A stretch of DNA of 64,000 bases from Blepharisma stoltei ATCC 30299 (Eukaryota > Protista > Ciliophora). The stretch lies in NCBI GenBank assembly GCA_965603825.1, contig CBFDEM010000006.1, positions 62,001 to 126,000 of the forward strand, read 5' to 3'. Shown piece by piece: positions 39,012 to 51,129 of the stretch (position 1 is its first letter; each line of letters starts with the position of its first letter). Made by a program: the position numbers and the translations under genes. The notes below the pieces were generated by a model that was not told where the DNA came from, did no database searches, and saw nothing but the letters and a program-made list of their open reading frames with translations.

Positions 39012-42000
39012 TTATCCTATATTATTATAATTTATACTTTTGCTTCTGCATTTTGGTTCGCAAGGTGCTTCCGAAGGCACTGTTCAGGTATTTATATAAA
39101 TCCTTTTCTCATTTTTATTTATCTTTTCTTCTGGATAAGTTTCATTATTCATACTTCTTTTAGCAACAGAATAAACTTCTTTTATAGAATTTATTAGAGG
39201 CCCAGTTGTTTGTACTGCCATAAGACAAATAACAAAATAAATAATTAAGCTGTCGATAATATTATTCCCCGCAGAGCCCAGATCAAAAAAATATGGACTT
39301 AGGAGCATAAAAATAACAAAAATCCCAAACTCAGTAATTAAGTTTGTAACCTGGATTACAGAGTCATCAAAAGGCCTATGAATAATTAAAAATAAAACAA
39401 TCTATATAAAGCATACACATAAAGATGACACTGCATTTATTGTAAGCTGACTTTGAGGGAAATCATTTAAAAATACTTGAGTGATAATAAAAATTATGCG
39501 CCTTGCAAAGTATAGAGTATAAAATTGTGTGCTCATAAATCCTGCATTATTCTTGAACTCGTAATATAAGGACCTTCATCTAGTGAACCATTTTTTATTT
39601 CTTCTATTTACAATTCTGCTTAAATTCTTGAAGCTAAAATATGCATGAAGAAAAGGAGTAATCGCTATAAGAATCTAAATTATGATTACAATAAAAAACC
39701 AGCAAATGAAATAGTTAGATAATCTAACCGGATTTTCTAAGATTTTATAATCTTCTGTACTCAAAACCCCAATTATAGAAGCAAAACCAATTTCAAGGTA
39801 CCATAAAATCCAAAATCGTAAAAAAGTACCAAATTTATACTCTCTAAGTAATTTTTTAAATTTCTTTCCAATGAATCTCTGAGAGCATTTAGAAAAAAAA
39901 TAAACTATAGGGATCACAATTATAACACAGCACAGAGCAGTTATATCATTTCCAACATTTACAAGTAACAATAAGCTATCATATCCATATTTTCTGGCTT
40001 GATAATAAGGTGGGTAACTTTGATTTTCATCAATGAACAATAAAAATAAATTTGGAACTAAATTGAAATCGCTCATTGATATAAAAAATGCAGAAATTTT
40101 GTCTGTTAAAGGGTAGCTGGCGTAAGGTATGTAGGAAATAAATTGAATAGTGTTCAAAATAGTTCATAGAGGTGAAGGGTTTGGGCTGAGCATTGCTAGA
40201 GCAATGCTTGATCCAACCAAAATTTTTACTGCAGAAGAAACTTGATTTTGAATTTGAGCCACTTCTTGCTCTTCAGAAGTCAAAGATTTATATAAAGAGC
40301 CTGATAAATATTCTTCGTGGATTACACCTCCAGAGATCGATGCAATACTTGTAGAATTTATAAAGTGTACTGTAATATTAGTGCCCTTTGAAATCTTTCC
40401 ATCAAATTTGCATGATATTAAATACTCTTTGCTTGAAATTTGAGAAATTGATCATGATAGAATTGTATTGTTATGAATTTGTATCATAATTTGGTCGTGA
40501 TTTAAACCTTTTTTTAATATGTCACTGAAGGCCAGAACCAAAGTATTATTTTTGTTAACAACAAGACTGACATTAAAGGGGATAAATGTACATGAAGTTG
40601 TTCCTATATATCCAGGAGAGCAAGCACAACTTCCAGAATTTAATACAGCATTGTTAATGCACCATGTGCATTTAATTTTACTATCACATTGAGCACAGAG
40701 AGGAGGGCAATCATAGCAAGAGTCATTTGCTTTGTATTGCCATTGATGGCAAGTCTCACATATTCCTGAGCTTGAATTCCAAGCAAGATCATAGTCACAT
40801 TGACAGTTTGTTGTATTTGAAGTACCAGAAATACATTCAAGGCAGGAATCTCCAGTAAAATCATAACAGGATGCACACTTTTGATTATCACAAAGATTGC
40901 AAAATTTGCTGGAATCCCTACAGCTAAGACATTCACTGCTGCATTTGGAGCATTTATTATATTCTGGACCAATCCAATACTGAGAAATTAGACAATTAGG
41001 GATACAGACTCCATTCGCAGGGCATGCTTTACATTTTTCTGTACATTGAACTGCAGGTAATGCAAGTGTTGATATGCTTTTTACTGAGTTATAACCCTTA
41101 ATATCATAAATGAACCCTTTAAAATAATTTTTATAACCAGATAGATCTTTTCCAGCTCCCAATGTAAAAGTAATATCTGTTTTGGTATCTTTAAAATAGT
41201 CAGATCCTAATTCACGTTGATTATCTAATTTTCCGTTCAAGTAGAAAGCCATTTTTGTCTGCTTTAAACTTGTGTATTCTGCTGTGAATGCAACATGATT
41301 TCATTCATAAGATTCAATGCTTTGCAAATAATAGAAAGAAATCAATCCAGAACTCTTAAAGCTTAATGAAACCACTACAACTCCAGCACTTAACTGGAGA
41401 GAAAAAATTGGATTGTAAAGTAAATCTTGCTTTGAAAGAATAGCTCCAAAGCCACTCTCAATATTGACTCATATAGAAAAGGTGAAAGAATAGCCAAAGC
41501 TAAGAACTGGGCTGTTGTAGCCTGGATAAATAGGTAAATGCATAACTGAGTTTACTCCATTAAAATAAAACCCTCTGTATAAAGCAGCTATTGGATCAAA
41601 CTCATCATAATCTGGGTAAAAAGCTTTGCTGTTTCCAGTTAGAGCTGGAATTTTGCTTTGCTTATCAAAAACAACTCCTTCAAGAGTATCAAACGAAAGA
41701 TAAAAGATAAAAGGATCTTTTTCAACACATGATGACCCACTTTCTATAAATCCATCTGGACACTTAGAAATGCACCATCCTAAATACATATATAAGCCAG
41801 ACGCACAAATAATGCAGTCTCCAGAAATTGATGATGTGCAAGTTTTGCAGGTATAATCACATGATAAGCATTTATTACTAGTTAAATCTCAATAATAGCC
41901 AATATTGCAAGCGCAAGGAGTCCCTGATGCATTAGAAATACATTGTATGCATAGGCCTGCTAAGAACCCTGTACAGACACTGCAAAGAGGATCGTTACAA

Positions 42001-43622
42001 ACATTGCAGGATGCATTTCTAACGCAACCATTTATGCATGAATTGCAATTTGTAGGCGTTACCCCATTCATTCATTGAGATAGAGGGCAAGTTCAAAGGC
42101 AGCTAGCGATTGCTCCTGTGCCGCATATTTGGTTTGAGTATTGAGTGTTAAAATTTGAAACAGCTACATTTCATAAAGTGAATTGGTAAATGTACCCAAA
42201 AAAATTACTTGACGAGCTTTTCCCAAGAATCAATACATTGTTTACAGCATCTCTATATATATATCCATTGGTTGTTGCAGATGCTTGTGGAGAATTGTTT
42301 AGATAAGGAGAAATAGTTGTAGAAATTGTTGATGATGAAAATGAAATAATAAAAGAAATATAAACTCACGCTGAGTTTGAAGGGTTAAGTGCTGCAGTCG
42401 TTATTGTAGTCGTAGATTCTGTTTTATCCTCTAAAACTATTTTCATAGCTCCATTAGCAGAAATCGCTATTTTATATCCAGAACTATTTGTCAAGATATC
42501 TCCTGAGCCAGATAATATTCAAACCCACATCCCAATTGAAAAATTAAGTGAAATATAAACAATTGAAGTTGTTTGAAGATATGAGCCTCCAGAAAAATAA
42601 AGCCCTCGCTTTTTAGCTGGTATTGGATCTACTGCTTCAGGATTATTGAAAAAATAATAGCTGCTTGAGCTTGTCCCTGTTTGAAATAATCCATAAGCTC
42701 CATAAAAATAATTTGCAAAATTTTGATCAATAACTGCGCTTGAAACTGAAGCACAAGACGTGCCAAATCCATAAGGGCATGCTCTTAAACAAACATTTGA
42801 AACTAACACATTTGTGCCTAAGCAAGCTGCGCAGTAAAACTTATCTGAACATGATGCACATAATTTGTCACAAAAAGAACATTCTCTTGAACCCGTGTCC
42901 CAATAAGTGCCTAAATTACATTGGCATACTCCACTTATAATGCTAGCATTAGTGATACAAGTAGCGCAGGTCAGAGTAGCCACATTACATACCGAACATC
43001 TTGCTTGATAACACATATTGCAATAATCAGCCACACTACAATCTCCACTCACCAAAACAATTCCTGAAATTTTTGGATTTTCTTTATTTAAATAAAATCG
43101 AACTATTAATTTGCCACCTGAATAAGCTCCAGATACTGTATTTCCTGAAATTAAAACCGTGTTACTTGATAGTGTAAAAGTTGTAAAAATATCATAAGCT
43201 GTACAATACCCTACAGCAGCATATAAGTCTAAATTATTAGCAACAACATAGTCTCCAATTTTTACAGTGAAAACCCTGAAATTGGGGTTCTTAAAATAGA
43301 ACTCAGCAAACTGGAGAATAAGCACATATGTCCCGTCTGTGCTAATAGGGAGGTCATATCCTCAAGTCACTGAATCATATCTTTCAGATTGGTAAATGAA
43401 TTCATTTACTGTATGAGCTATGTCTATATCTTTGTCGGAACGATCGGTAGCTATACTTGTTGCTGGTGTAAAATAAATATCACCAGAGTATGAAAAGCCA
43501 AAAGAGGATGTATAAGCGGAGCCTCCTGCATTTATTGCTAAAATGATTGTTGAGGGGTCAAGCGAGCAAATAAACAATAAATTCAGAGAAATCAAGGCAA
43601 AATGAATTTGGCGAACTTTCAT
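39012..43622 (-). CDS. Paralog 8: malectin + 2 modules + multi-pass TM domain, ~1526 aa (introns 39675-39689 and 39402-39416)
   Basis: Minus-strand ORFs starting at 43622, 43325, 42071, 41789, 41252, 40157 and 39308 share one frame. Introns GTAATCATAATTTAG and GTATGCTTTATATAG; TAA at 39014-39012. Confidence 0.9.
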
Positions 43623-44053
43623 TTTATGTATAAGAATTGCATAAATTTAGGTTTTTAATAAGAAATTAGCCAAAATAGTAAATAATATTTGACTGAAAAG
43701 TGGAATCTTAATAATGAATTTCTTTATGCTTGTTACAAATGCTAAATAATTATATTCTAAACTTTTTTTGTTTTATAATATTTTATAATAATAAATAACC
43801 AGATTTTCTTTGTTTTTCTTCTAAGACTTGGTTATTTTATGCAAAGCCTTTTCGTGCTTATTTTGAGCTAAAATAATCTTACTTTCATCTTAATCGAATG
43901 AATTTTATAATCGTCAACTCCTTGTTGCCTAAAATCTAAAGGACTTAAAAATGATAAATGGGACAATTCATACTTATTTGCTTTTAAAAATTGATTTTAG
44001 AAAAATCTACGCACATCTAAAAATAAATCCGATTTTTATTATTAAAATATCAT

Positions 44054-44301
44054 TTAATCCTTATTTATTCGTTTGACTTGGTATTTCTTGATTAAAATTC
44101 CTATTTTCCGCATCTGCAAATTCAATAATAGCTGAGTTTTATCCTCAAAGAAATTACTCAAGTTATTTATATCAATTCTTTTTGTGCTTTTCAATATTTT
44201 TATTGGATTCGAGCGTATTTCTTTTGTCATGCTTCTTTTAGCAAGCTCATATAGCTCTTTAATGGAGCTCATTAAAGGTACAGCTGTTTTTGCTGCCATA
44301 A
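44054..44301 (-). pseudogene. Orphan 3' end of a paralog-2-like gene
   Basis: MAAKTAVPLMSSIKELYELAKRSMTKEIRSNPIKILK matches 18397-18636; frameshifted near the end. Confidence 0.85.
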
Positions 44302-44332
44302 TCCTGCTACTGAAAGGACTTTTGCTCATTTA

Positions 44333-46815
44333 TGTCTTTTTATGCATACGAGATTTCTATATATTACTAAGACTAGATAAATTGTTTAGCTTCAATAAAA
44401 ATTGTTAGGAGTGCAGATGAAATAATAAAAATAAATTCTTTATTTCTAATATATTAAAAATATAATTTATGCTTTACGATTGTTGATATAAATCATATTT
44501 TCTTTCTATACTAATATCATTTTTACTGCTAATTCTGCAGCTTGTTTGGCATGGTGGCTCCGAAGGTATTGTCCAAGTATTTATAGCATCCCTTTTCTCG
44601 TTTTTAGCTATCTTTTTTTCTTGATAAATTTCTTTACTCATACTTCTTTTAGCAACATAATAAATCTCTTTTATTGAATTAATTAGAGGCCCAGCTGCTT
44701 GCACTAGCATTACTGAGACCACAGAATACATAATTAAATTGTCCATAATATTAGTCACGGCTGGACTTAGATCAAAAAAATAAGGAGTAAGCAGTGTGAA
44801 AACAGCAAAAATCCCAAACTCAGTAATTAAATTTGTTGCCTGAATAACAAAGTTATCAAAAGGATGATAAAAAATTAAGAATAGAGCAATCTATATAAAG
44901 CTTACACATAAAGATGATGCTGCATTTATTGTGAGCTGACTTTGAGGAAAATCATTTAAAAACACTTGGGTAATAATAAAAACCAAGCGCCTTGTAAAAT
45001 ATAGGGTATAATATTGCGTGCTCATAAATCCTTTACAAGGAGCTTCAATTTGCAAACCATTTCTTATTTTTCTATTTATAATTTTGCTTGAATTTTTGAA
45101 GCTAAAATATGCATGAATAAAAGGAGTTATTGCAATAAGTATCTAAATTATCATTACAATAAAAAATCAGCAAAGTAGATAATTAGTCAATCTAAGTGGA
45201 TTTTCTAATCTTCCATAATCTTCTGTACTCAAAATCCCAATTATGGAGGTAAAACCAATTTCAAGATAACATACAATCCAAAATCGTAAAAATGTACCAA
45301 ATTTATACTCTCTAAGCATTTTTTTTAATTTTTTTCCAATGAATCTTTGAGAACATTTAGAAAAGTAATAGACTATAGGGATTACTGCTATAGCACCACA
45401 CAGAACAGTTATATCATTTCCAATATTTGCAAGTATCAATGAGCTTTCATATCCAAATTTTCTCGCCCGATAATAAGGAGGATTACTTTGGTTTTCATCA
45501 ATAAACAGTAAAAACAAGTTTGGAACAAAATTGAAGTCATTCATTGACTTCAAAAACGCAGAAACTTTATCTGTTATAGGGTAGTTTGCATAGGGTATGT
45601 AGGAAAAAAACTGAACAGTGTTCAGCATAGTTCATAAAGCTGAAGGATTTGGATTGAGCATTGCTAAAGCTACACTTAACCCAGCTAAAGCTTTTATCCC
45701 AAAAGAGACTTGTTTTTTAACTTGAGCCACTTCTTGCTCTTCTGAAGTCATTACAGACTCATATAAAGAGCCTAATAAATACTCTTCATAGAGTAAACCT
45801 CCAGAGATAGACACTATGCTTGTTGAATTTATAAAATGGACTATAACATTAGTGCCCTCTGATATCTTTCCATCAAAGTCACACGACGCTAAATATTGTG
45901 TGCTTGAAATTTTAGAAATTGATCATGATGGAATCGTATGATTATTTATTTGGATCAAAAGTTGCTCGTTTTGTAAATCCTGCTTTAAGACATCACTGAA
46001 GGTCAAAATCAGGGTATTATTTTGGTTGATGGCGAGAGTAGCATTAAAGGGATGATTGTGCATGTAGATGCTCCTGTATATCCAGGAGAGCAAATACAGC
46101 TTCCAGAGCTCAGTACAGCATTGTTAATGCACCATGTGCATTTATTTTCACTATCACATTGAGCACAAAGAGGAGGACAATCATAGCAAGAATCGTTTTC
46201 TTTGAATTGCCATTGATGGCAAGTTTCACACATTCCTGAACTTGAGTTCCAGGCAAGACCATAGTCACATTGACAATTTGCCGTGTTTGAAGTACCAGAA
46301 ACGCATTTAAGGCAGGACTCTGCTTCAAAATCATAACAGGATGAGCATTTTTGATTATCACAAAGATTACAAAAAGCACTTGAATCCCTACAACTAAGGC
46401 ACCCAGTGCTGCACTTGGAGCATTTATTATACTCTGGGCCAATCCAGTATTGGCTAATTAAACAGTTAGGAATGCAGATCCCATTTGTAAAGCATGCTTT
46501 GCAGGCTTCTGTGCACTGCGCGGCGGGCAGTACAAGTGATGATATGTTTTTTACTGAGTTGTACCCCTTAATATCATAAATAAATCATTTAAAATAATTT
46601 TTATAGCCAGATAGATCCTTTTCCGCCCCTAATGTAAAAGTCATATCTGTTTTGGTGTCTTTAAAATAGTCAGATCCTATATCACTTTCATGATCTGTAA
46701 CTCCGTTTAAATAGAACGCCATTTTTGTCTGCTTCGTATTTTTGTGTTCTGCTGTGAATGCAATATGGTTTCATTCGTAAGATTCAAGATTTTGCAAATA
46801 AAAGAAGGAATTCAC
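44333..46815 (-). repeat. Inverted near-identical copy of 61490-64000 (3' half of gene plus 3' flank)
   Basis: Matching ORFs (45167-45628 vs 62675-63135; 44474-44758 vs 63565-63846) and matching 3' non-coding sequence to the window end. Confidence 0.88.
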
Positions 46816-49800
46816 TCCAGAATTTTGGCTATAACCGCTTGGACATTGTGTATCGCATAGGACATTTAATAGATAATAAGAGGAAACACAAGCTGAGCAT
46901 TGGTAATATTGTGATGAAGAGCATGAAGAACAGCCAGTAAAGCAGGGTATACAAGAAAAGCCATCAGATGATAAAGAAGAGCCTGAATCGCAGCTACATG
47001 GGGTATTGTGAGCATGAGAAACACAAGTGGTGCATTTATTTGCATCAAACCCAGTACATACACTACAAAGCGGATCGTCACAAATATTGCATGAACCAGT
47101 TCTTGTGCATCCTAAACTGCAGCCTGTATCACAATTTTTGTATGTTGAGTCAAAATAATCGTTAATATCAGATGCCCATAAACAATTTGCTAACAGTCCT
47201 GAGCCACAAATTTCATCTAATTGCGTTGTAAAATCAAATATAGCAACATTTCAGAGCTGATAGCTGTAAATAAAGCCTTTAAAATAGGAAGCTGAACTTC
47301 CGCCGATTTTAATGTTTTGATTAGCTTGATCTCTATAAATGACAGTATTATAAGTTGACGAAGCGACTAGATTGTTATTATTATATATTTTCAACGTTGT
47401 TGTAATGGCAGGATTGTTAAATGCAGAAGTAAATGATAAGCAAATTCACATTGAAAAAGAAGGGCTCGATAAAGTTTCAGAAGAAGTTACTTCTAATGGA
47501 CTCTCTAACGGTATTTTTATAGACCCAGATGAATCAACAATAATTCTGGAATTCGATAAAATATCTCCTGTAGCTGTCACATAAATTCAGAGGCCCATTG
47601 CAAAACTGTGTGAGAGATATACATTGGTGTTTGATATTATATTTACTAATTATCAAACACAGCCCTCTTTAGAATTTTAGAAGGGAGTGGGAGCAACGTC
47701 GGGTTTTATGCTTGGTCAGTAGGAGCTTGAACTAAGTCCTGTAGTGAAGATTGAGTAAATCCCTTGAAATTCTCCATTAAACTTACATCTATAACAGGAG
47801 ATGCAACTGTAACGCATGGGCTTGTAAACCCATAAGGGCAGCTTCTTAGACAAACATTTGAAACAAGATAATACGATCCACATGATGAGCATAAAAAGTA
47901 TTTATTTGTTTGACATTGGCTGCATAAATTATCACAAATTTGACACCCATCTGAGCTTTGTTCCCAAAAAGCGTTATTATTGCAAACACATGTTGCACCT
48001 GAGATACTTGCATTAGTTATGCAGGACGTACAAGGACCATCAAAAGCTGTGCACTCAAGACATTCTTTATCCTTGCAAAGCCTGCAAGTCAGTGTTGATC
48101 TGCACCCATAAGGGCATGAGCCTGTACAAGATGTGCACGAACTTGAATAAAATTGTCCAAAAGGGCAGCTGTCGGGACATTTCAATTCGGAAGGACAGAT
48201 AGTACAGCCGATAGGACACCCTGAAGTTTTCCATTCTTGAGCTGCATAGGTATTGTCATTATAAAGTTTTAGACTTCATAGGAACCCAGTAAAGCCTCCA
48301 GATGCAGTAGTGTCTTTCGCAATGTAAAGTGCGCCAAGATCCTTATAATAAGAGGATGATGCAGAAGTAGTTGAAGAGATAGAAGCTCCATCAATTGATA
48401 GAGATATAACGGTATTCCCAGATGAAAGGCCACCTGTAAATGCTATATAATGCCACCCAGATAAAATACTTGAAGAGCCACTTACACTAAGTAAATTGGA
48501 ATCTGCTAGAAGAGTATTCATCGAAGGGATCCCAGACGATATACTAACATAAGAATACTTTGTTGTGCCATCAAACTTCATAAATAAATATCCATCACTT
48601 AGAGGCTTTATCCATATTAGCAGAGAAAAATATGGACTAATCGTAAATGATGCAAGGCTCATATAATTATTACCTGAGAAATAGTATCCTCTATAAATTG
48701 AAGGAATTGGATCAGTTGTTTCCCAAGTCGGATATTTATTTGTATTTGAAGATCCTACTGAAACTCCGCTTACTGTGTCCAATTGAATCAAATTCTGGAA
48801 AGCAATACTTAAAGGATTGGATGTAGATAAATTGCAAGAATGCCCAGATGAATCAACTGTATATCCAGAAGGGCAATAAGTAAGACACATTGTTTTTAAT
48901 AAATAATAGCTTGAAAGGCAGGAGCTACACTGATAATAAGAAGTCCCAGTACATGAAGCACATCCTGTATAGCAAGGAACACATGAAAACCCATCAGAAG
49001 AGAGAATATATCCCGCACTACAAGCACAAGAAGAAGGAGCCCCAGATGCATTAGTAACACATTGTGTGCATAGGCCTGTCAAGAATCCTGTACAGACACT
49101 ACAAAGAGGGTCAAAACAAACATTGCAGGATACATTTCTGACACACCCATTTGTGCATGAGTTGCAATTTGTAGGCGTTGCCCCATTCATTCACTGAGAT
49201 AATGGGCATGTCCAAAGACAGTTAGCGACTGCCCCTGTGCCACATATTTGGTCTGAGTATTGAGTGTTAAAATTTGAAACAGCTGCATTTCATAGAGTAA
49301 ATTGATAAATATACCCTAAAAAATTGGTTAAAGAGCTTTTTCCAAGGATTAAATAATTATTGATAGCATCTCTATATATATACCCGCTGGATGTTACGGA
49401 TGCTTGTGGAGAATTGTTGAGGTAAGGGACAATTGTTGTAGAAGTTGTGGCTGATGAAAATGAGACTATAAAAGAAATGTAAACTCAGGCTGAATTTGAA
49501 GGGTTAAGTGCTGCAGTTGTTACTGTAGTCGTTGTTTCTGCTATACTTTCTAATATAATTGTCATCACTCCGCTTGCAGATATCGTGATTTTATATCCAG
49601 AACTATTTGTCAATATATCTCCTGAGCCAGATAATATCCAAACCCACATCCCAATTGAAAAATTTAGAGAAATATAAACTATAGCCGTTGTTTGAAGATA
49701 AGAGCCTCCAGAAAAGTAAAGCCCTCGACTCTTAGCTGGGATAGGATCTTCTGTTTCAGGAGAGTTGAAAAAGTAATAGCTGCTTGTGCTTGTCCCTGTT

Positions 49801-50729
49801 CTAAATACCCCATAAATTCCTAAAAAATAATCAGCAAAGTTTTGGCTTATAATTGCTGTTGAAACTGAAGCGCAAGATGTGCCAAATCCATATGGGCAAG
49901 CTCTTAAGCAAACACTTGAGACTAATACATTTGAGCCTGAACAAGTTGCACAAATAAAATTATCTGAGCTACAAGATATACATAAATTATCACAAGCAAC
50001 ACACGTTCTTGCTGTTGTCACCCAGTAATATCCTGCATTACACTGGCATACTCCACTGACAGGAGTAGCATTAGCAATGCAAATTGTGCAAGACAAAGCT
50101 GGCGTATTGCATACCATGCATCTTGCTTGATAGCACATATTACAGTAATCAGCCACGCTGCAGTCTCCACTTACTATGATTAGTCCTGAAAGTTGAGGAT
50201 TTTGCAAAACTTGGTTAAAAGTAACGATCAATTTGTCACCTGTATAAGCACCTGTTATCGCGCTTCCGGCTATTGAAACTGTGCCACTTGAAAGCGTGAA
50301 TTCTGTGAATATATCATAAGCTGTTAAAGCTCCTGCAGTAGCTACTAAATCAAGGTTATTGGCTACAACATAGCTTCCGATTTTCACTGTAAACTTTCTG
50401 GTATTTGTAGTCGTAAATAAAATATCGCAGAACTGGAGAATTAGCACATAAGTCCCATCTGTGCTGAGAGGAAGGCTATATCCCCAGCTAGTTTTGGCGT
50501 ATCGCTCAGACAAGTACATAGAATCGTCCTTGGTGTTAGCTACAGAGCCACCGACTACATAAATAGTCCCTCCAGTTGAATAAGTATCGGCAGAATATGA
50601 AAACCCATAGAAGGAAGTGTAAGCTGAGCCTCCAGAGTTGATAGCCATCACAATAGTTGAAGGGTCAAGTGAATAGCAAGTCAATAAATTTAGAACAATT
50701 AAGGCAAGATGACGTAGACAAGCCTCCAT
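44474..50729 (-). pseudogene. Paralog 9: chimera of a paralog-2-type 5' part (50729-46820) and a paralog-11-type 3' part (46820-44474), with frameshifts
   Basis: MEACLRHLAL.. start matches 7783. One 2040-bp unit is absent. -1 indels at ~47782, ~46050 and ~45070; garbled tract 47640-47718; 20-nt deletion at ~45035; introns 45143-45157 and 44891-44905. Confidence 0.78.
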
Positions 50730-51127
50730 ATTATTTTATATTTTCTCTCGAATTCGAGAGATTAATATTCATTTAACTAGATAAAAAAGAAAATCTCTAT
50801 TTTACTAATTTTTCCTGACTAAAATATAGTTATTTATCCAGCAGTCAGATAAATTTATATTAATTCGATTTTGCATAGCAATTTATTTATCGATATTTTT
50901 ATTTAAAAATGGGGGAGAATTATATATGATCAGATCTGTTTATCAAATTTTATTATTTTAGTCTTAAATTTGAAATGGCATCATAATTAACACTAAAATA
51001 TTTTTCTTTTATTTTATTAAATGCATAGAATAATTGGCTTAAATTCAATAAATATTATGCTAATTTTCCATAGCTTTAAGATATAAAATTTATATTTTGC
51101 ATAAAGACTAATTTTGTTTGAGAAATC
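50730..51127 (-). repeat. Inverted copy of the upstream region of paralog 2 (~7310-7782)
   Basis: Shared GATAAACAGATCTGATCATATATAATTCTC and ACAAAATTAGTCTTTATGCAAAATAT blocks. Confidence 0.85.
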
Positions 51128-51129
51128 AT

